From a virus (Duplodnaviria > Caudoviricetes): a stretch of DNA of 37,199 nt. The stretch covers positions 1-37,199 of the IMG/VR virus record IMGVR_UViG_3300030372_005973; one strand, given 5' to 3'. A program made the translations under genes and the position numbers. Shown here in pieces: positions 8,613 through 18,189 of the stretch. How positions within the stretch are numbered: the stretch's first letter is position 1; every line of letters begins with the position of its first letter. The notes under the pieces were generated by a model. The model ran no database searches, was not told where the DNA came from, and worked only from the letters and a program-made list of their open reading frames with translations.

Positions 8613-9541
8613 TAGCTTGCTTTTTTACCAAGTTCAATCTCCCGATTTATTCCATTTTCATCATACGTTGTAGTTACTTCATCCACAAAATAGTTGCCGG
8701 CACGATTGGTATAAAAATCATCCTGCAGTTCCACAATCCAACTATGATCTATAAATGGCAATCCCTTTGCCCGGAATTTCCCAACATAGCCATCATGCTT
8801 CATCTGCTTAATTTTTTCAGCTGCTAAAACTTTAATTTCAGCTTCATTTTTATTATAAAAATGAAGTGTCCTGGTATCGCCTTCCTTATCGCCCAAATCA
8901 ACCTCTATCCTTTTATTATTGGGAAGGATGGAAATAGCTTTTACCTGCAGTTTTATATCCTCTTCTTTTTTATACTCCAGCTGGTCCATCCAGGCATTTT
9001 TTTGAAAATGATATTTCACGTGTGGTGTTACCCTTTCGTTATAGGCGAAACCTACATACCACTTTCCGGAGCGATAGAAAACATCAATCCCGAACGCATC
9101 TTTTATTTTGGCCAGCGCTTCAGCTTTACTAACCCGATCCAATCGGAAGGGAGCCATAACAATTGGCTGTGTTTCAATTTCAGAACCCGGAAGAAGAAAA
9201 TTCAGTACTTGTTTAAGATCGGTTGACTTCCAACTTTGGGTTACCGTTTCCTGGCGTAATTTCCACAGTTCATCTTCACACGAAATTTCAAGTGGAGATT
9301 TTGGTTTTATCCCGGTTACATATCCAGCGAATTCTTCTTTCAAATCGCCATCATAACCAAACTTGATCAAAACAGGATCTCCTACTTTAATAAGCCCGTC
9401 CAGTTTCTTCTGAAAATTAGGAACGCGAATGGTAGCCGTATTGCCAATTGTTTTACGGCTTCGCTTTATGGATATGGCATTTACCTTCCCTGTGCGGAAA
9501 ATATAATTACCTATCTCTATGTAGCTATCCATTTTTCTCAT
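8612..9541 (-). CDS. Baseplate hub (Mu gp44/P2 gpD-like)
   Basis: GDPVLIKFGYDG...EFAGYV...ISCEDE; C-terminal GNYFVDEVTT. Confidence 0.75.
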   Translation of the reverse strand: MRKMDSYIEIGNYIFRTGKVNAISIKRSRKTIGNTATIRVPNFQKKLDGLIKVGDPVLIKFGYDGDLKEEFAGYVTGIKPKSPLEISCEDELWKLRQETVTQSWKSTDLKQVLNFLLPGSEIETQPIVMAPFRLDRVSKAEALAKIKDAFGIDVFYRSGKWYVGFAYNERVTPHVKYHFQKNAWMDQLEYKKEEDIKLQVKAISILPNNKRIEVDLGDKEGDTRTLHFYNKNEAEIKVLAAEKIKQMKHDGYVGKFRAKGLPFIDHSWIVELQDDFYTNRAGNYFVDEVTTTYDENGINREIELGKKAS

Positions 9542-10101
9542 TGCTTCAACTCCAGTTCATAGGGTTCATCACTCCAGCATTTAATTTCAAATGGTTGCCA
9601 GATCACTCCTTCCAATGGAATGAAATCATGCTTTTCAAATGCCAGGCGTTTAATATTGAAAAAACTTAAAAGTTTGCAGGTTACTTCAGCGGAACCGGCC
9701 TCGCATATCTCCCGGATTTTTCTAACAATAGTTTCCGGATACATATCCTCATTTTGTTCATTAATGGCCACACCACGAATTACCACTTCATAATCATCCA
9801 CGGAAAAGAATTCCTTAAAAGTTCCATTCTTTCCATCGAGCGGTGTACGAACAATTCTATTCTGGCCAGTAACCCGGATCAAGGGTTCATTTGGCAATTC
9901 GTAGCCATCCAACTTGCAGGGAAAGTGCATCGGGGTACCCAACAAACTTTTACGATCTGTTACAATAGTGGGAGTTTCCTTTGTGCCATTTAGCATATCG
10001 GAAATCAAACCTGAAGGCGGTACGAACGGAACTGTACTAATCCGATCGTACGCCCCTCCAAAGGCTTGCTGATACGCGTCAAGTAAATTTATGGTTGGCA
10101 T
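9538..10101 (-). CDS. Tail tube initiator-like protein (DUF6046-like)
   Basis: NRIVRTPLDGKNGTFKEF, DYEVVIRG, IKCWSD; directly after tape measure. Confidence 0.65.
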   Translation of the reverse strand: MPTINLLDAYQQAFGGAYDRISTVPFVPPSGLISDMLNGTKETPTIVTDRKSLLGTPMHFPCKLDGYELPNEPLIRVTGQNRIVRTPLDGKNGTFKEFFSVDDYEVVIRGVAINEQNEDMYPETIVRKIREICEAGSAEVTCKLLSFFNIKRLAFEKHDFIPLEGVIWQPFEIKCWSDEPYELELKQ

Positions 10102-10102
10102 A

Positions 10103-12211
10103 CTATCCTGCTGCTATTTCATAGCCCTGTAGGGCCTTAATTAATTCTTCCTGTACAATTTCTCTCATTTCTCCAGCGCCTTCTTTAACATTTGCTGAAT
10201 GGATATTTAAACTTTCGATTATCTTGCCTATGGTGACCGTAACATTTCGTGTGGTTTTTCCGCCTCCGGATATGGAATCAATACCATCTTTTATTTTGTC
10301 ATTATTCGTAGTAGATGTTGTATCAAGATTTGGTTTTGTGCCAAGTCCTGCCACACTCTCCAAATATTTTTGCATTGCCGTTACATCGGTCTCCCCTGTA
10401 TATTCGGATTTATTTTGAGGACCTTCCACTCCCGCAAGACCCAAAACAGACCCTAAAAGTCTTACTTGGTCCTTTTTAATATTTTCCATTCCTGCAGCAA
10501 TAGTACCGGTGTTCTCGATAATACCTTGACCTGTTTGGAACCGTCGTTTATTTTGCTCTTGGCGTAATCTTTCAATTTCTGCTCCAGCTTCAGTATTTAT
10601 TTCAGCTGTCAAGGCATCTATTGCAGCACCGAATTTCATCTGCCTTAAAAGTTCAAAAGCATTCATGATATTTGTAATCACTCCTGAAACAGTCTGACCT
10701 AACTTCACAAATTCCAAATTCCAAATCTCAAGCTTTGTAGAAATTTCAGTTGTCATTAATGCGATAATCAATAGAATTTGATTGGAAACGCCCGTAAATA
10801 TTTGCCCTAATCCTATCCAAGTATTAGCAAAACCATTTGTTATAGAAGAAGCGTAAACCATCCATCCAATTACAGCTGCTATTGCTACAATCAATACTCC
10901 AATAGGATTAGCCGTAAGCGCAATATTGAGTGCCCATTGTGCTGCCGTATATCCAATCACAACTCCTGTAGCGCCTTTTATTATTGCAGAAACTTGATCC
11001 CAATTATCATAGGCCCATTCCAATAATTTATTGGCTTTTTCAAGTGCTTTAGCAAATAATGGAAGGGTTTTCTCACCCAACTTACTCATCACGGTTTGAT
11101 AGCGGTTCTTTACAATCTCAGTCAAAATAGTAACATCGCCCTGGGCATTCTTCAAAGCATCCTCCAAATTGAATTTCGAGGAATCAAATCCTTCAAAAGT
11201 TTTGATTAAATCATCGGCTCCAGTTTGGACTTTTCCAAGTAAAACCTTTAGACCTTCCGGCCCTCCAATTTGGGTAACGATCTTACTGATTTGTTCATCG
11301 TTCAAGGTTTTGAATTTTCGGGAGATATCTATAAGAATATCATCTGCAGCTCGCATCTTTCCATTGTCGAAAATATCAACTCCAGCATATTTCTTGATGT
11401 TCGCAGCCTGCTCTTTTAGACCATCAAAGAAGGTTTTGGTCATATTTGCGCCCACATCGCTATTTTTTGAAATAGATGTAAAAGCAGCAAATATCTTATT
11501 GGCAGTATCTACTTTTTGACCAGCTGCAGATGCAGCACCGGCATACTCGGTTTGTACCTTAGCCAGTTCATCAAAGGTTGTAATACCCATTTGAACGGTC
11601 TTGGCGTTACTTTCAAGCAGCTGATCAATTTGGTTTATTTCCAAACCAAAAGCCCGCACGGCTTTCACCGTGGAATTCATGGCATCATTCACATTTGCGC
11701 CGGTAGCAATTGAATAGCGGCCAACTTTTTTAAAAACTTCAACGGCTTGATCACCATAGATTGAAGTTCCGGATTGTAGATCATAAAATGCCTTGGTACT
11801 ATCCATTAAGTTGGTACCAAGTTCAAATGAGGCATCCCTGATTTGCTCCTTATACGATGCCATTTGCTCAACATTCTTATCAAGATTGAGCTGTTTAATC
11901 TGTAAAAATTCGTGATTGAAATCCCTGGCTACGATCGTAGCATTTCCCATTAAGGTGATCGCGCCCGCAATTGCCGCGGCCCCCAATATTATAGGATTGG
12001 TCATTAATTCAAAAGCGCGCCCTAAGTATGGGATCTCGTTGGCGGCTTCTTTGACACTTTTTTTAATGCGGTCTGCAAATCCGGAGATTCGCTTTTGTAC
12101 ATTGGAGAAGCGTTCAGCCGTTTTGTCCGCCATTCCAGAAATCTTGGCGAGTTTTTCCTCGACACCAGCGGCTTTCATCGCAAGGCTCCATATTGATTTC
12201 TTTTCGGCCAT
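10103..12211 (-). CDS. Tape measure protein
   Basis: 702 aa, Ala-rich helical TP901-type core, LTANPIGVLIVAIAA repeat motif. Confidence 0.88.
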   Translation of the reverse strand: MAEKKSIWSLAMKAAGVEEKLAKISGMADKTAERFSNVQKRISGFADRIKKSVKEAANEIPYLGRAFELMTNPIILGAAAIAGAITLMGNATIVARDFNHEFLQIKQLNLDKNVEQMASYKEQIRDASFELGTNLMDSTKAFYDLQSGTSIYGDQAVEVFKKVGRYSIATGANVNDAMNSTVKAVRAFGLEINQIDQLLESNAKTVQMGITTFDELAKVQTEYAGAASAAGQKVDTANKIFAAFTSISKNSDVGANMTKTFFDGLKEQAANIKKYAGVDIFDNGKMRAADDILIDISRKFKTLNDEQISKIVTQIGGPEGLKVLLGKVQTGADDLIKTFEGFDSSKFNLEDALKNAQGDVTILTEIVKNRYQTVMSKLGEKTLPLFAKALEKANKLLEWAYDNWDQVSAIIKGATGVVIGYTAAQWALNIALTANPIGVLIVAIAAVIGWMVYASSITNGFANTWIGLGQIFTGVSNQILLIIALMTTEISTKLEIWNLEFVKLGQTVSGVITNIMNAFELLRQMKFGAAIDALTAEINTEAGAEIERLRQEQNKRRFQTGQGIIENTGTIAAGMENIKKDQVRLLGSVLGLAGVEGPQNKSEYTGETDVTAMQKYLESVAGLGTKPNLDTTSTTNNDKIKDGIDSISGGGKTTRNVTVTIGKIIESLNIHSANVKEGAGEMREIVQEELIKALQGYEIAAG

Positions 12212-12213
12212 TA

Positions 12214-12408
12214 TTATTTTTTAAACGGATCATTCTTTTGTTCTTCCCTTCTAATCCAAAGGAGATTATGGTACATCTCCATAATCTCCTGGTTAGAAAG
12301 CGCCCTTATTTCGGTTAATGTTTTTTTATAGTAGTAGGAGAGTTGAGCGATGACGATACGCCAGCGGGACGTGGCCAGCGTAATCTCCCAACTCTCTAAA
12401 GCTTTTCC
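12214..12408 (-). CDS. -1 frameshift extension of tail assembly chaperone (gpGT-like C-terminus)
   Basis: Open -1 frame from GGAAAAG: ALESWEITLATSRWRIVIAQLSYYYKK...HNLLWIRREEQKNDPFKK*, ending 2 nt before the tape measure ATG. Confidence 0.8.
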   Translation of the reverse strand, partial: GKALESWEITLATSRWRIVIAQLSYYYKKTLTEIRALSNQEIMEMYHNLLWIRREEQKNDPFKK

Positions 12409-12710
12409 ACACTTGCTTCTACCTCAGGAAGCAATTCGTCAAGCTGGCCGTAAACTGCCAAGATTTTGGCATCGGTATCCATTGCCCCTGTATCTTCATA
12501 CAAACGGCAGTTCTCGATGATAGAACGGTTAAAATTGAATTTCTTTTTTCCTTTAGGATCCGCACTCATTGCACGTTCCAAATCCTTTACTCCAGGCTCA
12601 CGCAAAATGATGATTTTACCATCTACTGTGATTTTATGAAGGTTGCCGTGTTTCTTTTTCCATTCGGCAATTTGGGCTTTGTCTGGTCTCTTATTGGTTT
12701 CTTCAGCCAT
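12396..12710 (-). CDS. Tail assembly chaperone (gpG-like, short form)
   Basis: QIAEWKKKHG motif; lies between tube and tape measure; ends at VEKL on a slippery site. Confidence 0.8.
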   Translation of the reverse strand: MAEETNKRPDKAQIAEWKKKHGNLHKITVDGKIIILREPGVKDLERAMSADPKGKKKFNFNRSIIENCRLYEDTGAMDTDAKILAVYGQLDELLPEVEASVEKL

Positions 12711-12720
12711 TGTTGTTTTA

Positions 12721-13143
12721 TTAAACGTTATACTTAATTTTTCCGATGATCAACTTACAGTCGATCGTTTGATTGCCGTCTCCGGTCTTCATTCCCTTTT
12801 TGAAGGATTGTACTCTAACAAATGTTAGCTGATCAGTTGAGGAAGCTCCACCTTCAGGAGCATAGGATGCTGTAATTCCAAATCCTGTTAAATCAGTAAC
12901 ATCCTTTCCTGAGCCCAAAGAATTGTTCCAGCGTTCAAATTCGCTCTGTAGCAATACTAGGTTTCCGTTGTAATCGTTTTTTCCACGACCTGTTGCTACG
13001 GGATCAGCCCCACGGCCCCAAATGTTGGTATGGTCCTTACTTTTTTCGTAGTTTAATTCTACAACGCCTTCCAATGGTTTTGTTTCACCCTCCAAGGTGA
13101 TTTCCATATCTTCCCAGGCGTATTCGGTTCCGTTGATTGGCAT
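12721..13143 (-). CDS. Tail tube protein
   Basis: INGTEYAW...GRGADP...GRG...LLQSE; follows sheath. Confidence 0.8.
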   Translation of the reverse strand: MPINGTEYAWEDMEITLEGETKPLEGVVELNYEKSKDHTNIWGRGADPVATGRGKNDYNGNLVLLQSEFERWNNSLGSGKDVTDLTGFGITASYAPEGGASSTDQLTFVRVQSFKKGMKTGDGNQTIDCKLIIGKIKYNV

Positions 13144-13146
13144 AGC

Positions 13147-14388
13147 TTAGTTGTTAAATGGGTTTACAAAGGATTGTGTAACCTTTATGATTCGTGCTGT
13201 ACCAACAGGTGTAATGTTGGTTTCGGCTTCAATTTTATCTGTGGCCAATACATTCTGTAATGGGTTCACATAAACGGTAATCGCTGAAGCTTCTTTGGGC
13301 TTCTTGTTTACCATTTGAATATTCAATACTTTTTCAAGTCTTTCCTGGAAAGCTTTGGCCACCGAAACTGGAAGACCTCCAGTAGCTGGATTGATCTCAA
13401 CTTCATCCAATAGCTCTTCCACATAAACTTGGCGTGTAATTCGACTAACCTTATCAGCAACACGGCCATTTGTGCTATAAGCGTAATCTGAGGTGATTTC
13501 AGTACAAACGTGATCATCGTTTATATACCAACCGCCTTTTCCTTCAATATCCCAGGCAAATACATAACCAAGGTTATGGAGCGCCGTCAATTGGGAATCA
13601 TTGAAAGTTTCCATTTTTGCTCCATTGCTCATTCCGGCATTTACAAGAAGTAAAGCGCCATTTCGAACACGTCCGGCATTTCGCTGAACGGGAAGTCCGG
13701 CTTTTATCCCGGCATAGAACCCTGCGAAGGCATAATTCAAGTATGGAGTGGCAGCTTCCACCTCACGAGTGGAAACATCATTGTCCGCTCCCGCAACAAT
13801 TGTTACACGATCGCTATTGAGTGAACGAATGTCAGTACTCAAGGCAGGGTTACCTTGCCAGTTTCTACCTTCCAAGTAAACGTGCATATAGCGGTGATTT
13901 GGAGCAGAACGCTCAAAAGCCACCAATGCTTTTGCTTTTGTTACTGCCAAAAGAATGTCCTCTTCCACTTGGCCGTCATAAACAGGCTCGTAAGCGGCGT
14001 CGGGAATACGAGTAGCTACACCTGCCTTTACATCTTTTTTGGTGCTACAGATCTTGGCAAGATATGGTTGGTCCTTATCCACCATTTCTGAAAGCAGAAC
14101 CGTATCAGCCACAACCATCACATAAAGTTTGGTTCCATTGCCGGCACCCTCAAAGAATGCGCGAATATGCTCATACGCCAAGGCGCTGTTAGTTTCATCA
14201 TAGGCAGCATCAATACCTACGTTGCGTGCGTCTTCCACTGAAAAGAAAGGGCCCAGGATATCGCCAAGTGCAAATTGATCAGCAACCGCAACTCCGGTAA
14301 CAACCATTGCGGTTGTTCCATCCTCAGTATTGGCCACTCTTCCTAAGTTGCCGTTGGTTTGTTCTATTAATACGTCTGGTCTGGCCAT
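13147..14388 (-). CDS. Tail sheath protein (DUF2586-like)
   Basis: NGNLGR N-terminus, SDYAY...RVADKVSR, QNVLAT, PVGTAR..F.NP C-terminus. Confidence 0.8.
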   Translation of the reverse strand: MARPDVLIEQTNGNLGRVANTEDGTTAMVVTGVAVADQFALGDILGPFFSVEDARNVGIDAAYDETNSALAYEHIRAFFEGAGNGTKLYVMVVADTVLLSEMVDKDQPYLAKICSTKKDVKAGVATRIPDAAYEPVYDGQVEEDILLAVTKAKALVAFERSAPNHRYMHVYLEGRNWQGNPALSTDIRSLNSDRVTIVAGADNDVSTREVEAATPYLNYAFAGFYAGIKAGLPVQRNAGRVRNGALLLVNAGMSNGAKMETFNDSQLTALHNLGYVFAWDIEGKGGWYINDDHVCTEITSDYAYSTNGRVADKVSRITRQVYVEELLDEVEINPATGGLPVSVAKAFQERLEKVLNIQMVNKKPKEASAITVYVNPLQNVLATDKIEAETNITPVGTARIIKVTQSFVNPFNN

Positions 14389-14391
14389 CGG

Positions 14392-14862
14392 TTATATTGG
14401 TTTTAAAAATTTGAATCCAAATAATATTGCTAAAAAAAGGAGGCTAACGCCACCGATCCACATCAGTGTTTTCTGCCACCAAGTGGTATAATTCACGGGA
14501 ACTTCAGTAACCTCCTTTTCAATGATTGTTTTCGTATTGTTTTCTTTAATATACTTATCAATCAAATCAAGTCGGTGCTCTAATTCGTCCGTAATACATT
14601 GTACGTCCAAGTCGTTTCCTACACGCCTTACAATGGCGGTCGTGTTTCCTTTTTTTTTGGAAATTGGAGTTTCGGTAATTTTATTAAAAGGCACTTTAAA
14701 TTGAACCGTGTCTCCAGGAATGAAAATGGCAGTATCCCTTTTGTGAAATGTAACCTCAGTATAGGTACTGTCTTTTTCAATTTTTGTTATTTGCCTGGAA
14801 GGAGTAAAAGATTTACACCCAACCAGGCAGCCAACAATCGCTATGTAAAAGAGACTCCTCAT
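14392..14862 (-). CDS. Probable unimolecular spanin (lipoprotein with C-terminal TM)
   Basis: ATG at 14862 gives MRSLFYIAIVGCLVG-C lipobox; C-terminal TM WIGGVSLLFLAILFGF; overlaps endolysin stop. Confidence 0.65.
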   Translation of the reverse strand: MRSLFYIAIVGCLVGCKSFTPSRQITKIEKDSTYTEVTFHKRDTAIFIPGDTVQFKVPFNKITETPISKKKGNTTAIVRRVGNDLDVQCITDELEHRLDLIDKYIKENNTKTIIEKEVTEVPVNYTTWWQKTLMWIGGVSLLFLAILFGFKFLKPI

Positions 14863-15290
14863 ATTTTTTTTAACTGAAAGTGCATCCCATCTTTTCTGGT
14901 CCAATTACCCCCCCACTCAAAACCTGCATCGGTAAAGCATTGAACTAATTCTGCGCTCATTTCAGGCTCTTTTCCCAAACGATTCCTAGCGGCGTTGATA
15001 TCAACTGCAATTCCCCAGCTATGTAGGCTCCAACTGTTTAACCTTCGTTTTTTACGAATGTTAAAACATCCATCCCAAGCCTCAACTTCTTCAGTGAGAT
15101 TCCTGGATATAATATTGTTAAAGGCTCTTTCAAGCGGTGCAACCATAACTTTGTTGCAGTACAATCTATTAGGCAATTCTGGAATAGCACTATTAATGTT
15201 GTTAGGTATGTCCCATAAAGTCATGAACTTCCCTTCGTTAAAGTTGGAAGGACTTCCCCATTTTGCTATACAGTCTTTACTTTGTACCAT
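14859..15290 (-). CDS. Endolysin, M15 family zinc peptidase
   Basis: SLHSWGIAVD (SxHxxGxAxD), FEWGGNW, DGMHFQ. Confidence 0.88.
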   Translation of the reverse strand: MVQSKDCIAKWGSPSNFNEGKFMTLWDIPNNINSAIPELPNRLYCNKVMVAPLERAFNNIISRNLTEEVEAWDGCFNIRKKRRLNSWSLHSWGIAVDINAARNRLGKEPEMSAELVQCFTDAGFEWGGNWTRKDGMHFQLKKI

Positions 15291-15315
15291 TTCTTTATTA
15301 AAACCCCGTAGGGTT

Positions 15316-15343
15316 GCTGTCCCATTGCAGTAATGGGGACAGC
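15316..15343. terminator. Intergenic hairpin between head and lysis genes (terminator/attenuator-like)
   Basis: GCTGTCCC...GGGACAGC stem right after the stop at 15347; U-tract on the coding strand is not adjacent. Confidence 0.35.
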
Positions 15344-15346
15344 CTT

Positions 15347-15898
15347 TTATGTTTTTTGATCAAGCCTGTTTTTACCATCTGAAGCTTTAGCAAGATCTGC
15401 CTCTGCCTTGGCTTTTGCCTTTTCTGCAGCTTCAGCTTTTTTATCCGCTTTTTTCGTGGCATCGTTTGCCTCCTGGAGCTCTTTGGCCAAACTTTCATTT
15501 TTGATTTTCAAAGCTTCCAACTCTTCAGTATTACCTGCAGTTTTGGTTTGATCGTCAGAAACGCCAAGCTCTTTCAGTTTTATTTTGGCCTGTGCCAAAA
15601 CAAAAGGGCGAATTTCCTTTACAAGAAGAGCTTTCACTTCCTCTACAGAAGTTGCTGCCTTGATTGCTGCCAAAGCATCAATCACACGGTTAAGGTCACG
15701 CTTGGATCGTTTCACTTTCAACTCCTCCCGGGTGAAAGTGTCATACTTCTTATCTTCCGGCTTTTTGAATTTAGAAACATAGTTCTGAACGTCGCTGATC
15801 ACAGCAAAAGGCTGTCCATCTTTAGAAACGTAAACCGTCTCCAACGCATCGTTGTGTTCAAAAGCTTCCTTGGCAATTTGTTTATTGTCTTTTCCCAT
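15347..15898 (-). CDS. Hypothetical head-associated protein with Ala/Lys coiled-coil
   Basis: Directly after capsid gene; YVSKDGQPF motif; AEKAKAKAEA low-complexity tail. Confidence 0.6.
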   Translation of the reverse strand: MGKDNKQIAKEAFEHNDALETVYVSKDGQPFAVISDVQNYVSKFKKPEDKKYDTFTREELKVKRSKRDLNRVIDALAAIKAATSVEEVKALLVKEIRPFVLAQAKIKLKELGVSDDQTKTAGNTEELEALKIKNESLAKELQEANDATKKADKKAEAAEKAKAKAEADLAKASDGKNRLDQKT

Positions 15899-15904
15899 TT
15901 TTGG

Positions 15905-16978
15905 TTACGATTTAGGAATTAATAGTGCTGCAAGCGTTTTTTGCTCCATTGGTAGGATCAAACCTCTTTTTCTGAAGTTTACCAAGTCTCCTTGATAAGC
16001 CACCGATTTCTCATCGTACATGGTTACAGTACCATCAGCGTACACAAAAGAGTGTTTTGCGATGTAAGCTACTGCAGCATGAAGATCATTTGCAGTTTCA
16101 ACCTTTCCGTATGCCTGCTTTTCGTAGGTACCGGCATTGTCCATATAAAGAACACTGGTTTTACGGGTTTTGATTGTGAAACCGTGAACTTTTCCGATGA
16201 TGCCGTCAATGGTTCCAACGGCATTCTTATAACCCATTTGGGCTTTAAGAATAGCTGAGTTGCGGCTCAGTTTTTCAACCTCATGCGCTTCCAAAACAAC
16301 CATACGTCCTTCGTCTGGATAGTCAAGGTCATTCCAGATCCCTCTAAGTCTTGAGAAATCATCATCAATCAAACATGCTTCGCCGGTAAGGATATCATCA
16401 CCGGTACCTTCAAGAATAACCGTGTGTGTAGTTTCGGTTTCCGGAGCAATGTTATATATCCCAGATTCCGCGTAAGATTTTCTAATGGAATTTCTATGCT
16501 TAGTAAGTACAGTTTCCATTTTGTCGTATGCCAATTCCACTTTTTCCGCATCATGAACAACAGTGGTATTTGAACTGTACTCTTCAAGTTCAACCTCCAA
16601 CGGGTTGTCATCTAAATATTCAACTGGAATTGGATATTGTGCACGGGTCCTATTCTTAACAACAGTAGGATCACCTCCGGCCGCGGCAAAGTTGATTTTA
16701 TCATTTTCCACGTATTGCGTCCAATCGATTCCATCCATTATAAAATCATTTTTTGGATAGAAATTTTGACGGAATTGATCAATCCAAATCTCCTTTTGGA
16801 GTCCAGCCATCAATGAATATTTGGCAATACTTCCTTTAGGAATACAACCCAATGTAAATACGGTACCACCGACAATGGCAGCGGGTTCCAAAGACACCAG
16901 AGGTATCAATGCCAAAAACAGGATAAAGGCCAACAAAAGGTTGGTAAATAATGCCTTGGTGCTAAGTTTAAGTTTCAT
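15905..16978 (-). CDS. Major capsid protein with hydrophobic N-terminal leader
   Basis: Follows protease; AGLQKEIW, YVENDKIN, ELAYDK, PDEGRMVVL, GKVHGF, NFRKR. Confidence 0.75.
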   Translation of the reverse strand: MKLKLSTKALFTNLLLAFILFLALIPLVSLEPAAIVGGTVFTLGCIPKGSIAKYSLMAGLQKEIWIDQFRQNFYPKNDFIMDGIDWTQYVENDKINFAAAGGDPTVVKNRTRAQYPIPVEYLDDNPLEVELEEYSSNTTVVHDAEKVELAYDKMETVLTKHRNSIRKSYAESGIYNIAPETETTHTVILEGTGDDILTGEACLIDDDFSRLRGIWNDLDYPDEGRMVVLEAHEVEKLSRNSAILKAQMGYKNAVGTIDGIIGKVHGFTIKTRKTSVLYMDNAGTYEKQAYGKVETANDLHAAVAYIAKHSFVYADGTVTMYDEKSVAYQGDLVNFRKRGLILPMEQKTLAALLIPKS

Positions 16979-17007
16979 AGGTGTGCGTGTTTCGTTATTT
17001 AATTGGG

Positions 17008-18189
17008 TTATTTGCTTTTCTCCAAGTGAGCCTGCAAAAGCGCCTGGTACTCATCCGGTTGTTTTGTTTTCATTTCCATCAACCCTTTGGAGTCGTTTTT
17101 ACGGTACCAATTGAAGTCTTTTTCTTCGCCTCCATTGTTTTCAGCTCCGGCGTTTTGGCCATTGTTTAATTGGGTAGTAAGTGGTTTGTGAACCGTTTGG
17201 TTCTTTACAAACTCCTGGGCATCCTCAAGGGAGTTTTCTGCCATTTTCTTTAGACTGGCTTCCTGGCTTTTTTGGATTTTGCCATCCTTCAGCGCCGTGG
17301 CCACTAAATTTGCTACAGCCAAATCCTTCTGTGCGGTCAATTGGTTTTCCGCAGTTTCCAATTTCCCTTTTAGGTCCTTGTTATCTGCAGTAACCTTTTT
17401 TACTTGTGCAAGGATTGTTTCCTCACTGGCATTTTCGGCATTCATTTCAATACCTGCCAATGCAAAGGCAGCAATAAATTGAGCTATAAGTTTCATATCC
17501 TCGTTTTGGTTTTGAATAAATTCAGAGTCTGTTTCGATTGCATTTACAATCTGTTGTTGGTAGAAGTTGAATACTTCCTCCGGAGTAGCGGAATTCTTTG
17601 GAGCCTTTTTAATGGCCTTGCTTTTTGTAGTGTGACCAACAAGTTTTAAAGTCAAAGCTTCCTCAGCTTTAATATAGTGGTCACGGCCATCCATCCATTT
17701 AGCACGAACATCTTTAGTTGATAATCCGGTTCTTTCAGCAAGAATGTCCACAAGATCATCTTCATAACTTCTAATGGTACTGGCTTGATGTTCTACATCA
17801 TCTGCGGTTCCATAAGCGCCACCTTTTGCGCGATGGTTCATAATGCGGGCCATATTGCCCATTTCAAGGTTTTCCACAGGAATGGCCATTGCAATAATGC
17901 TTCCCATGGAAGCGGCAAGCCCATCAATTTTCCCTGTAATTTTAACCTTGCCTTCCTCAGCGGTCTCCTTTAGATGGTTATACACCGGAATTCCTTCAGT
18001 GATAGAACCGCCATAGAGGTTTACAATATCTATGTGGATTTCATTGTGCGTCTCTTTTAGTTTGTTAAAGTCGTTGATGAACTTCGATGCAGAAAAGGAT
18101 TGTTCGCCATTATAAAATGACACCATTCCGGTAAGCATCATTACTGCCTTGCCGTTGGTTCCTTTATTTACTACCGTGAAGTTTTTCAT
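17008..18189 (-). CDS. ClpP-like head maturation protease fused to scaffold domain
   Basis: GGSITEG, IDGLAASMGS (catalytic Ser), MNH (His), AEEALTLKLV; C-terminal ALKDGKI scaffold-like region. Confidence 0.88.
   Translation of the reverse strand: MKNFTVVNKGTNGKAVMMLTGMVSFYNGEQSFSASKFINDFNKLKETHNEIHIDIVNLYGGSITEGIPVYNHLKETAEEGKVKITGKIDGLAASMGSIIAMAIPVENLEMGNMARIMNHRAKGGAYGTADDVEHQASTIRSYEDDLVDILAERTGLSTKDVRAKWMDGRDHYIKAEEALTLKLVGHTTKSKAIKKAPKNSATPEEVFNFYQQQIVNAIETDSEFIQNQNEDMKLIAQFIAAFALAGIEMNAENASEETILAQVKKVTADNKDLKGKLETAENQLTAQKDLAVANLVATALKDGKIQKSQEASLKKMAENSLEDAQEFVKNQTVHKPLTTQLNNGQNAGAENNGGEEKDFNWYRKNDSKGLMEMKTKQPDEYQALLQAHLEKSK

Noticed and set aside
16981-17169. This and the many other 60-170 aa alternative-frame or antisense ORFs in the track
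   Set aside because: They lie within well-supported genes and have no motifs; treated as shadow ORFs
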